Assembly (NCBI GenBank): GCA_027623195.1
Contig: JAQBUT010000008.1
Coordinates: forward strand, 31,015 to 95,014
Direction of reading: 5' to 3'
Source of the DNA: Chloroflexota bacterium
Lineage (GTDB): Bacteria > Chloroflexota > Dehalococcoidia > Lucifugimonadales > JADFKI01
Length of the DNA stretch: 64,000 bases
The notes beneath the pieces were generated by a model. The model searched no databases and was not told the origin of the DNA. It worked only from the letters and a program-made list of their open reading frames with translations. Position numbers and translations under genes: made by a program. Shown piece after piece: positions 10,328-19,274 of the stretch; within the stretch, counting starts at the first letter, position 1; each line of letters begins with the position of its first letter.

Positions 10328-11608
10328 ATGCGTTTGACCTTAGCCCGCCACCCGGTAACGGAGATAAAATTCGGCGACGAGACGTCACTTGATGGAACGG
10401 CGCTGTCGATAAACGAAAGCGAGCTCCGCGCGCTACTGTTGGAGGACCAACGCCTGGAAAGCGTAGGCTTGGACGTCGTGCGTCCGGGAGAGAACTGCCG
10501 GGCAGGGCCTGTCTTCGACATCATAGAGCCCAGGGCCAAGGCGGATGGAGGCAGCCCGGACTTCCCTGGAGTACTGGGGCCATCAGCCATAGCTGGCATT
10601 GGCACGACCCACGTCCTGGAGGGCGCGGCCGTTACGGTGGTGGATTGCCGTCCCACTGTCACAGCGCGTGCGGCCAAGCGCAGCATACTGGAGATGAGTG
10701 GAGAGGGGGCGGCCCGTTCACCCTACTCTGCCCTGCAACACCTGGTTTTGACTCCGCGTTCGAGAGCCGATGTACCGTCCCATTCGGCCCTAAACGCAAC
10801 GCGCATGGCCGGGCTTAAGGCAGCGGTCTACATGGCGCAGGCCGCACGAACCAGGCAGCCCATCACCACCGAGACGCTGGGTCCGATAGGGCCGACGGAA
10901 CCGGGACGCGAGGGCCTGCATCGAGTGGCCTACATCGGACAGATCTACTCCCGGCAGCGCTCTCCGGAGATTGATGAGCATATCTTCTACGGCCTGAACA
11001 CAACTGGCATGTTGCCGGTGCTCACTAACCCCAACGAGTGGTTGGACGGCGCTGTTTTGCCCTCTTATGACACGTCGTTGGGCGGCGCGGAGACGTATTT
11101 TTACCAGAACCATCCTGTGATTACAGACCTCTATCGACGCCACAACGAAGGCGAACTGAACTTTGTCGGCGCAGTCGCGTCCATATCCGGTCTGGACAAC
11201 GAAGACCGGGATCGGTTGTGCCAGGTGGCGGCGCACCTCGTCAAATGGGGACTCAACGCCGATGCGGCGGTACTCACCAAGCACGGCGGTGGAGTGCCCC
11301 ACGCCGACATGGCGCAGACGGCCCGCCTGCTAGAGCGCATGGAGGTCAGCACGGCCGTTATGGTGTCCGATATGTCCAGGGACCGCCGCGTAGAATCCGC
11401 GCTGCTTTTTAACTTCCCCGAGGTGAACGCCATCGTATACTGCGGCGGCGGCGACACAAAGTGGACGGTTCCGGCTGTGGAGCGCATCATCGCGGGCAAT
11501 CCGCAGGTGGAGGAGATGTTGGCACAATCGCAAGAACTCATGGCCTCCAGCATAGCCGGCGTCGTGAATCAGCAGGGCGCCAGCCACGTAAGAGCGATGA
11601 CCTACTAG
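10328..11608 (+). CDS. Glycine/sarcosine/betaine reductase component B alpha/beta subunit (GrdE/GrdG/GrdI family)
   Basis: PGE.CR..PV.DIIEPRAK, G.G.THVLEGAAV, PNEWLDGAV, TY.YQN.PVI..LY..H..ELNFVG; lies directly upstream of grdB. Confidence 0.88.
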   Translation: MRLTLARHPVTEIKFGDETSLDGTALSINESELRALLLEDQRLESVGLDVVRPGENCRAGPVFDIIEPRAKADGGSPDFPGVLGPSAIAGIGTTHVLEGAAVTVVDCRPTVTARAAKRSILEMSGEGAARSPYSALQHLVLTPRSRADVPSHSALNATRMAGLKAAVYMAQAARTRQPITTETLGPIGPTEPGREGLHRVAYIGQIYSRQRSPEIDEHIFYGLNTTGMLPVLTNPNEWLDGAVLPSYDTSLGGAETYFYQNHPVITDLYRRHNEGELNFVGAVASISGLDNEDRDRLCQVAAHLVKWGLNADAAVLTKHGGGVPHADMAQTARLLERMEVSTAVMVSDMSRDRRVESALLFNFPEVNAIVYCGGGDTKWTVPAVERIIAGNPQVEEMLAQSQELMASSIAGVVNQQGASHVRAMTY

Positions 11609-11686
11609 TCGGGTTTGGTGAAAGATATATAATCTTGATACATGCCCTGGCCTGGTTCATATGGTTAATGGGGCAGGAGGAAGAAA

Positions 11687-12970
11687 ATGAAAATAGTCCA
11701 CTACGTCAATCAGTTCTTCGGAGGCATCGGCGCCGAGGAGGAGGCTGGTAGGCCGTTGGAGATCCGGGAGGGCGCTGTTGGACCCGGGCGTCTGTTGGAA
11801 CAGCTATTCGGAGACGGCTCTCAGGTTCTCACGACGTTCGTGTGTGGCGATAACTACGCTGTGGAACAGCAGGACCAACTCATCACCGATGTGTTGAACC
11901 ACCTGCGCGCTTCAGGAGCAGACCTGTTCGTAGCAGGGCCATGCTTCGAGGCGGGACGATACGGCATGGCCGCCGGCGCTCTGTGCTCTGCAGTGCAGGC
12001 CGAGCTTCATATTCCTGCTGTAACGGCTATGGGTGGGGAGAATCCCGGCGTCGACCTGTACCGCGAGGAGCTATTCATCGTGGATTCCGGCGCCAGTGCA
12101 TCGGCCATGAGCCAGGTGGTCACCCGTATGGTGGCGCTGGGCAAGAAGCTAGTAGCCGGTGAAGAGATTGGCACACCTGCCGACGAGGGCTACATTCCCA
12201 GAGGGCTTATTCGGGATGCCTTCGTTGAGCAGAACGCGGGCCAGCGTCTTGTTGCCATGGTCATGGACAAGGTCAATGGCGATCCATTTGAGTCCGAGAT
12301 GATGTCCACCTCATTCGAGCCAATACCCATGCCGGCAGCAGTGGCCGACATATCCAAGGCCCGGGTTATGGTCATTACCGATGGCGGCCTGGTGCCCTCG
12401 GGCAACCCTGACGGCATCGAGGGCATGGCCGCCACCCGCTGGGGAACCTACAGCATTAAAGACAAGGATGGCCTGGACGGCAAAGACTACGAGATCTCCC
12501 ACGGCGGCTACGACCCCAGGTTCGTCGAAGCGGACCCCGACAGGCTTGTGCCTCTAGACGCTCTCCGTCAGATGGAGAAAGAGGGCATCATTGGGGAGTT
12601 GCACAACGAGTTTATTTCCACATCCGGGTTGGCCAATCCTCTCTCCAATACTCGGCGCATGGGCAAGGAGATGGCCCAGAGGGTCAAAGAATTGGGGGTG
12701 GACGCGGTAATCGTCACATCCACCTGAGGCACCAGCACTCGCAGCGGCGCTGCGATAACGACCGAACTGGAGAAGGCTGGCATACCGGTAGTGCAGATTA
12801 CGTCAGCTCTGCCAATAGCCAAGATGGTGGGCTCAAACAGGGTAGTTCTTGGGAACGGGATTGTTCATGTTGCCGGAGACCCCAATCTGCCCGTCAACGA
12901 AGAGAAAGACCTGCGACGCCGACTGGTGCAGAAGGCGCTGGACGCTCTGGAGTCGGAGGCGAAAGAATAA
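11687..12970 (+). CDS. grdB: Glycine/betaine reductase selenoprotein B (Sec at TGA 12725-12727), about 427 aa
   Basis: MKIVHYVNQFFGGIG, GPCFEAGRYG, ENPGV, HGGYD...DPDRLVPLD. VIVTST-TGA-GTSTRSGA...ELEKAGIPVVQI...VGSNR...GDP continues in frame to TAA 12968-12970. Confidence 0.95.
12739..12755 (+). promoter_or_regulatory. SECIS-like hairpin in grdB
   Basis: tcgcagc-GGC-gctgcga; the stem starts 11 nt after the UGA. Confidence 0.7.
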
Positions 12971-13010
12971 CCTGTCGAAAGTCTTATAAGCGACCCGAGG
13001 TGCACCAGAG

Positions 13011-14468
13011 ATGATGGGCATGACATCTCCAGGCAGGTTGCCGGTTATCACAGGCGTGCGACATTTTCTTGCCCATACGCCCGGGTTGGTGCGATATGGA
13101 CACAAGCCGTCGCTGGATATCGCCAGAAACGCGGCCGTCGCAGAGAACATCGCGGGCCACCTGCGAACCTTTTCTGAGGCAGTCGCCTACCCGCCTAATC
13201 GCGCATACCTCGGCTCCATCTACCCTGACCAGCTTCGGGATATTCCCAGGCCCTGGTTCCTGCAAAACGGTCCTGCGGAACGCCGACAGCCTCATGGGGA
13301 CATGATGCCGGAGGAAGAGTTTTACGCCATTTTGAAAATGGCTGACGACTTCGACATCGTCTGGCTGACTGAAGATTTTGTGAAAGAAGCAACGCAGAAT
13401 CTGCAGGATAACCCTCTGATCAGTTCCGCAGACTTGGACAAGCTTACCGATGGCCACCAGCAATCCGGCATAGAGCAACGGATCGCCCAAGAAAGCTCTT
13501 TACCCCTCACTTTGAAGGATGGGCGGCTCATTGGCTGCGTAACTGGGGCTGCGGGCAGCGACGAACTCAACGCCGGGGTGCTGCTGGAGAACCTGGCCTG
13601 TAAAGCCACTGCTGCCATGGCGCTGCGCACGCTACTCCACGATGGTGGCTTCGATGCGACTCAGGTGCAATACATCCTTAATACGGGCGAGGAGGCCGTG
13701 GGCGACTCCTTCCAACGCGGCGGTGGCAACATGGCCAAGGCCGTTGGGGAGTTATGCGGTCTTGCTGGCGCTACCGGCTCCGACGTGAAGGCCTTCTGCT
13801 GCGCGCCCGTGCACGCACTGGCTATCGCTGGTTCTATGGTGACCTCTGGCTTGTATGACCGCGTGGTTGTGATAGGGGGATGCTCGCTGGCCAAGCTGGG
13901 TATGAACTACACCGGCCACCTGGACGCGGACCAGCCGGTGCTCGAAGACGTCCTCGCGGCATTCGCAGTGATGGTCGAGCCTGACGACGGTAAGAGCCCT
14001 GTGATTCGCCTGGACTCGGTCGGAGGGCACAACATCGGGGCCGGTTCGTCGTTGCGTGCCATATCCCGAACCCTCATGACTGATCCCTTGGCGAGGTTGG
14101 GATTTCGCTTCCAGGACATAGATAAATTCGCCATCGAGCTTCAGAACCCGGAGATCACCGAGCCAGCAGGTGGCGGCGACGTAACGGAGCGCAACTACCG
14201 AGTCATAGCGGGGCTGGCCGTTCAGAACCACGAGATTGATAGGTTGGACATACCCACATTCTCGGCACGGCACGGCATGCCTGGCTTCTCGTCGACGCAA
14301 GGGCACATCGCTTCTGCGGTGCCTTTCTTGGGTCACGCTGTGGACCACATTGGCTCTGGTGACATGCAGAGGGCTATGTTCGTGGCGAAGGGAAGCCTGT
14401 TCCTGGGCCGCATGACGCAAATGTCGGATGGTTTCTCTTTTATACTGGAGCGCAACCCTGCCCGCTAA
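13011..14468 (+). CDS. grdC: Glycine reductase component C beta subunit (FabH/thiolase-like); exact start uncertain
   Basis: EEAVGD..QRGGGNMAKA, ATGSDVKAFC..P.HAL, LAKLGMN, NPEIT.PAG.GDV...NY, HGMPGF..TQGHI.S, KGSLFLGRMT. Confidence 0.93.
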   Translation: MMGMTSPGRLPVITGVRHFLAHTPGLVRYGHKPSLDIARNAAVAENIAGHLRTFSEAVAYPPNRAYLGSIYPDQLRDIPRPWFLQNGPAERRQPHGDMMPEEEFYAILKMADDFDIVWLTEDFVKEATQNLQDNPLISSADLDKLTDGHQQSGIEQRIAQESSLPLTLKDGRLIGCVTGAAGSDELNAGVLLENLACKATAAMALRTLLHDGGFDATQVQYILNTGEEAVGDSFQRGGGNMAKAVGELCGLAGATGSDVKAFCCAPVHALAIAGSMVTSGLYDRVVVIGGCSLAKLGMNYTGHLDADQPVLEDVLAAFAVMVEPDDGKSPVIRLDSVGGHNIGAGSSLRAISRTLMTDPLARLGFRFQDIDKFAIELQNPEITEPAGGGDVTERNYRVIAGLAVQNHEIDRLDIPTFSARHGMPGFSSTQGHIASAVPFLGHAVDHIGSGDMQRAMFVAKGSLFLGRMTQMSDGFSFILERNPAR

Positions 14469-14540
14469 AGATGCACAACATGCAATAATGGGGCCTGCTT
14501 TAACAGGTCTGGAATTTGGTGAACCACGGAGGCCAATGGA

Positions 14541-15011
14541 ATGGATTTGAAGGGGAAGAAGGTCATAGCCCTGGGAGAGAGGGATGGCGTTCAGAGCGGT
14601 TCTATTGTCGAATGTGTTAAGAGCGCCGGGGCCGAAGTGGTGATGGAGTTCACTGCCTGTTTCGTCTGAACGTCCGCTGGTGCGCTTGACCTGGAGGGTC
14701 AAGAGATGATCAAGAGGGCGGCAGATCGGGTCGGCACCGAAGACCTCGTCGTAGTGTTGGGCACTCCCACCGCTAACAGCAGCAAGCTTTTCGCCATGAC
14801 AGTCACGGAAGGCGATCCCACATGGGCTGGTCCTTTGGCCGGCGCTGGGTTAGGTATCCCCGCCTACCATGTCATGGAAGACGAGATCAAATCTCAGGTA
14901 GACGAATCGGTTTACGAGGACGAGGTTGGTCTAACCGAAATGACTATTGAGAACCCTGACGAAATTCTCGCAGCCGTCAAAGCGGTGCGGGAGAGCAACG
15001 GCTTAGCCTAG
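14541..15011 (+). CDS. grdA: Glycine reductase selenoprotein A (Sec at TGA 14667-14669), 156 aa
   Basis: MDLKGKKVIALGERDGV...TACFV-TGA-TSAGALDLE..., in frame with track ORF 14706-15011 (TVTEGDPTWAGPLAG). CxxU motif, GGAGG RBS. Confidence 0.96.
14685..14703 (+). promoter_or_regulatory. SECIS-like hairpin in grdA
   Basis: cttgacct-GGA-gggtcaag; the loop starts 23 nt after the UGA. Confidence 0.7.
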
Positions 15012-15099
15012 GATTTTTTCAGGGCGTTTTACGGGTGGAGTCTCTTGGCAGCCCAGGCGAGAGTTCGGTTATTGAAATTCAACGTAAGCGAGGTTCGAG

Positions 15100-15999
15100 A
15101 TGGATTACCAGGTTTGGGTTAACGGCGAATACGTGGCACGCAGCCAGGCCACCATCAGCATGATGGACCGTGGCTTCAGGCTCGGCGACGTAGTATTCGA
15201 TACGTCACGCACCTTCAATGGTAAGGTCTTTCGGCTGCGGGACCACCTTGATAGGCTGTACCGGTCGCTGCAATACACCCGCATAGACCCCGGTCTGAGC
15301 AAGGACGAGATGGAACTTATCACGCTGGGTGTGGTACAGCAAAACGAGGCCATGCGGGAGGGGGCTGGCGACGACTATCAGATTACTCAGATCATAACGC
15401 GAGGCGTCGGGCCGATACAGAACCCGTCCAGTCCCAATGTCTCCATCTGGATTGACCCGTTGGGCGGGCCTCGTTTCGCCCCTCTATACAAGACGGGCGC
15501 TCACGTCGTAATTCCCAAGACCCGCAGCTACACTGCCGAGCAGATCGATCCCAAGGTCAAGCACTACAGCAGGCTCAACTTCGTGATGGCGGAGCTTGAG
15601 GCCACCGACGTAGACCCCGAAGCCCTCCCCCTTCTTTTGGACACCGACGGCAACATCACCGAGGGCATTGGCGCGAACTTCTTCATGGTTAGCAATGGCG
15701 TGCTGAAGACCGCCAGAGACAACGACATATTGCAGGGCGTATCCCGCATGACCGTTTTCAATTTGGCTGAGCAGCTAGGCATACCTGTTGTCGAGGAAGA
15801 CCTCCAGCCTTACGACGTTTACACCGCAGACGAAGCGTTTCTCTGCAGTACCCCTTACTGCATTTTGCCGGTGGGCCGAGTCGACAACCGAGCCTTGGGA
15901 GAGGGCGCTCCCGGTCCGATAACCAACCAGCTGCTAGCTGCCTGGAGCGAAAGAGTAGGCCTCGATATAGTTGATCAACTTGGCAGATTGACTCAGTAG
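15100..15999 (+). CDS. Aminotransferase class IV (branched-chain / D-amino-acid type)
   Basis: DRGF..GD.VF, HL.RL..S, catalytic K in PKVK..SRLN, EG.GANFF, ILQGVSR, ADEAFLCST. Confidence 0.93.
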   Translation: MDYQVWVNGEYVARSQATISMMDRGFRLGDVVFDTSRTFNGKVFRLRDHLDRLYRSLQYTRIDPGLSKDEMELITLGVVQQNEAMREGAGDDYQITQIITRGVGPIQNPSSPNVSIWIDPLGGPRFAPLYKTGAHVVIPKTRSYTAEQIDPKVKHYSRLNFVMAELEATDVDPEALPLLLDTDGNITEGIGANFFMVSNGVLKTARDNDILQGVSRMTVFNLAEQLGIPVVEEDLQPYDVYTADEAFLCSTPYCILPVGRVDNRALGEGAPGPITNQLLAAWSERVGLDIVDQLGRLTQ

Positions 16000-16087
16000 C
16001 TCACGATTTGAGACCTTCGCCATCCCAGGTTTATCCCTCTGTTGTACCGTTATCGGCCAAATCAATAATCTGTGAACCTGAAACGAA

Positions 16088-16116
16088 TTGTCATATCCCT
16101 ACTTCCGTGGTACTAT
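16088..16116 (+). promoter_or_regulatory. sigma70-type promoter upstream of infA
   Basis: TTGTCA-N17-TACTAT with TGn. Confidence 0.55.
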
Positions 16117-16346
16117 GACCGTGCTTCTCATTGAGACCTTGGTTGGTATCGCCAAAATATGGCGTGGACAAGCCTGCCACGGGTGCCTAATGGGAATCCA
16201 GAGCGGCATGCGAGATTTTACCTGGAACGGAAACGCATGCCTGAATTGGCGTCTGTGGGGATTGCCTAGGTAAGAGCCCTTCAGTTTTCGTCAAAGTCTG
16301 GTATTGTTAATGTATAAGGTTCTGTTTAGTCGTAACAGGGAGTTGT

Positions 16347-16565
16347 ATGGCAAAAAAAGAGGTGATTGAGGTTGAAGGAACGGTTTCGGAATCCCTTCCG
16401 AACGCTTCTTTCAGAGTGGAATTAGCCAATGGTCACCAGGTGCTTGCCTATGCTTCGGGCAAGATACGCCGCTTCTTCATCCGCGTCTTGCCGGGTGATA
16501 GGGTTCTCGTGGAACTCTCGCCATATGATTTGACTAGAGGCAGAATAACCTACAGGTTCAAGTAA
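16347..16565 (+). CDS. infA: Translation initiation factor IF-1
   Basis: [26 protein letters not shown]...[20 protein letters not shown]. Confidence 0.99.
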   Translation: MAKKEVIEVEGTVSESLPNASFRVELANGHQVLAYASGKIRRFFIRVLPGDRVLVELSPYDLTRGRITYRFK

Positions 16566-16657
16566 CCCCGTATCTATTGGCAGGTGACCGCACGTCTACT
16601 TTTTGTCGGTGTGTCCCTGTCTCGTTGCCTATGAAGAATTTGGGAGGCGTTTGAGAT

Positions 16658-18142
16658 ATGTACCGAAAGACGGACGAAGACGGAGTCGATGAGTATCTCT
16701 GGAAGCCATTTGATAGGACCGGCAATTCTTCAGATTCCCTAGAGCGTATTGTTAGGGCCAATGGGCAGGAGCAAATGGCCGACGGCGCCGCCCTTGCTGG
16801 CCCCGACGAGACCCAATCCCAAACCGGCCTCGATGCAGACTGGGAGAAGGATCTCGAAACTGTTGAAATTGACGACCCAATCCGCATGTACCTGAGGGAG
16901 ATCGGTAGGGTAAGCCTTCTTAAGAAATCGGATGAGCGAACGCTAGCCAGGCGCATAGAGGCCTGCAAGCACATCCAAAACGTAGAGAAGGACCTTGCAG
17001 AAGCGGAAGTCGAGTCTTCGCGAGCTTGGGTAAATATCGCTTTCATGGTCAAGCGCCTGGGCGATGGCAGCTCTCTTTTGAATGCACTTTGCAGGTACCT
17101 CGGATTCGAACGTGAGCCTACGCTCTCCGATGCCATGGCTGACCCCGTCCTACGAGAAGCTCTTGATGGTGAACTTCCTGAAGAGCTTTTGAACTTCGTT
17201 TCTGAGATGCTCAACAAGGAACCTGAGGATGTTAAGGCCGAGTTACAACGACTCTCCTTGGACAGCCGCTTGCTTCCCAGGGAGATTAACGAGCTTGTTA
17301 ACCCCGAGACAGATGTTAAGCATCTGAGCATAGTGGCACAGAAAGAAGAATTCATAGAATCACTGAAATCCTATGAGCTTATATTCAATAGCCATTTGGA
17401 AAGGTTAAAGGACGAAGGCGTCCGGGCCGGACGCCATCTGGCGGAGGCCAACCTCCGATTGGTAGTCAGCGTTTGCAAGAAGTACGTTGGTCGAGGCCTT
17501 TCCCTGCTGGACCTTATCCAAGAGGGAAACATCGGCCTTATGCGCGGCGTCGAGAAGTTCGATTACCGCAAGGGCTACAAGTTCAGCACCTACGCTCACT
17601 GGTGGATTCGACAGGCGACCACCAGGGCCATCGCCGACCAGTCCCGGACCATTCGACTACCGGTGCACATGGTTGAGGTCATTAACAAGCTACTCCGCGT
17701 CAGCCGACAGCTGGTTCAAGAGAATGGCCGAGAGCCTACCAGCGCCGAGATCGGCATTGCGATGGAGGTCTCCGAGGAGAGAGTCAAAGAAATTCTGAAG
17801 CTTACGCAATCGCCATTTTCACTGGAGACGCCTATTGGCGAAGAAGAGTCCAGCCAGCTAGGCGATTTCATCGAGGACAAGGACGCCCTGGCGCCAGCCG
17901 ACGCAGCCTCATACCAGCTTCTCCGAGAGCAGGTAGATGACGTGCTCTACACCCTGAGCGACCGCGAGGCTCGAGTACTCCAACTTAGGTTTGGCCTGCT
18001 GGACGGCAGGACACGTACATTGGAAGAGGTTGGCCGGAACTTCGGCGTAACACGAGAGCGAATCCGACAGATCGAGGCTAAGGCTCTGAGGAAGCTCAGG
18101 CACCCCAGCCGTTCCAAGAAGCTTCGAGACTTTTTGGATTAG
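16658..18142 (+). CDS. rpoD: RNA polymerase sigma-70 factor, RpoD/SigA type
   Basis: Region 1.2 [11 protein letters not shown], region 2 ANLRLVVS...DLIQEGN.GL...KFSTYAxWWIRQA, region 4 [18 protein letters not shown]. Confidence 0.93.
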   Translation: MYRKTDEDGVDEYLWKPFDRTGNSSDSLERIVRANGQEQMADGAALAGPDETQSQTGLDADWEKDLETVEIDDPIRMYLREIGRVSLLKKSDERTLARRIEACKHIQNVEKDLAEAEVESSRAWVNIAFMVKRLGDGSSLLNALCRYLGFEREPTLSDAMADPVLREALDGELPEELLNFVSEMLNKEPEDVKAELQRLSLDSRLLPREINELVNPETDVKHLSIVAQKEEFIESLKSYELIFNSHLERLKDEGVRAGRHLAEANLRLVVSVCKKYVGRGLSLLDLIQEGNIGLMRGVEKFDYRKGYKFSTYAHWWIRQATTRAIADQSRTIRLPVHMVEVINKLLRVSRQLVQENGREPTSAEIGIAMEVSEERVKEILKLTQSPFSLETPIGEEESSQLGDFIEDKDALAPADAASYQLLREQVDDVLYTLSDREARVLQLRFGLLDGRTRTLEEVGRNFGVTRERIRQIEAKALRKLRHPSRSKKLRDFLD

Positions 18143-18299
18143 TTGGACTGGCGGGGCTTCGAATCCCTATCGCCCACTGGTGGACGAATAGTCCCTACAG
18201 AAACCATATAAAGCATATACGAGGTGCGGACGAGCCATCGACTCAGATGGCCCATCCGCACCTTTTGATTTGTCCGCGATCCGGAAGCAGCGTTTAAGC

Positions 18300-19055
18300 A
18301 TGGATGCATTTAGCCTTATACAGATTCTGGTTGCCGTGCTTGCCACTTTGGCCGGTTCCACCGTGCTCGCTTCTCTGGGCTTCGGTATAGGGATGGTGGC
18401 AACTCCCATCCTGCTTCTTGTGTTGGACCCCCAGACAGCCGTGGTCGTGTTAAACGCGGTCAGCGTTCCCATAACAGGACTGCTGGTCTGGCAGACTCGC
18501 CGCCACCTCCGATTGAAGGATGCCATCCCTGTGGCCGCGTTGGGATTGGCCGGCGCTCTGATTGGCGCATATGTGCTGTCCGCCTCGGGCGAACGAGTCC
18601 TTCGCCTGAGCATCGTAGTCTTCATTATTCTCCTCACTGCTGCCACTGCCTTTAATCCTGTTGGCCTACAAGGGAAGGTCCCCTACCCCAAAGTGGTCGG
18701 CGGGGCAATAGGCTTCCTGGTCGGGGTAATGCTGGGGGCGCTGGCTATTGGCGGGCCGCTGCTGGTCCTGTTCGTCCTTAGCCAGGGCTGGGACCGGCAC
18801 CGAATTCGCGCCTTTCTGTCGTTATATCTATTCGTGATAATGTCCTCCGCCACGGTTGGGTACATCCCCACGGGGCTGTTCACCCCAGACCGCATCGTCT
18901 TGGCGCTGGTGGCCCTGGGGCCTGTGCTTCTGGGCTTCTGGGTAGGCAGTCGGGTGGCAGGCCGTTTGAACGAGGAGCTTTTCCGGCGTGTGGCCATTGG
19001 CGTTATCGTGGCGTCCAGCCTGTCAGTGTTAGTGCGAGAGCTAACCAGCCTTTAG
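18300..19055 (+). CDS. Sulfite exporter TauE/SafE family membrane protein
   Basis: Multiple TM helices, GFG.GMV..P.L and G...G...IGGP repeats. Confidence 0.85.
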   Translation: MDAFSLIQILVAVLATLAGSTVLASLGFGIGMVATPILLLVLDPQTAVVVLNAVSVPITGLLVWQTRRHLRLKDAIPVAALGLAGALIGAYVLSASGERVLRLSIVVFIILLTAATAFNPVGLQGKVPYPKVVGGAIGFLVGVMLGALAIGGPLLVLFVLSQGWDRHRIRAFLSLYLFVIMSSATVGYIPTGLFTPDRIVLALVALGPVLLGFWVGSRVAGRLNEELFRRVAIGVIVASSLSVLVRELTSL

Positions 19056-19128
19056 GCTCCTATACGGGGTCGCCTACTTGATGCGGAGAGAGACGCTGAG
19101 ATCGGGCCAAAAAACGCAGTTGGCTGGT

Positions 19129-19157
19129 TTGACATGGGTTTAAGGGCCTCCTATACT
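19129..19157 (+). promoter_or_regulatory. Near-consensus sigma70 promoter for the DUF1800 operon
   Basis: TTGACA-N17-TATACT. Confidence 0.75.
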
Positions 19158-19274
19158 TGCCTTAAATTGGCTTAGAACTCCCCATGTCTGACCTCTCCTG
19201 ATGTGCATTGATTGGATTCGACCCGGGGCTTGATGTCCGCGGGGCGCAGACCGTTCATCTGAAAGGCTCAAAGC

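Noticed and set aside
3274..14669. Genome-wide TGA reassignment (genetic code 4 or 25) as the explanation for the in-frame TGAs
   Set aside because: TGA ends ordinary genes here (e.g. 21905-21907, 23930-23932, 42859-42861) and Trp is encoded by TGG. The read-through TGAs fall only at Cys/Sec catalytic positions and have SECIS-like hairpins.
13752..14702. Long antisense ORFs (e.g. 13752-14702, 16558-17355, 48945-49740)
   Set aside because: Shadow frames of well-supported genes in GC-rich DNA, with no recognisable motifs.
18150..18180. tRNA-like fragment (ggggcttcgaatccc) after the sigma gene, considered as tRNA-Sec or an att site
   Set aside because: Only a T-arm-like motif is present; I could not build acceptor, D or anticodon arms.
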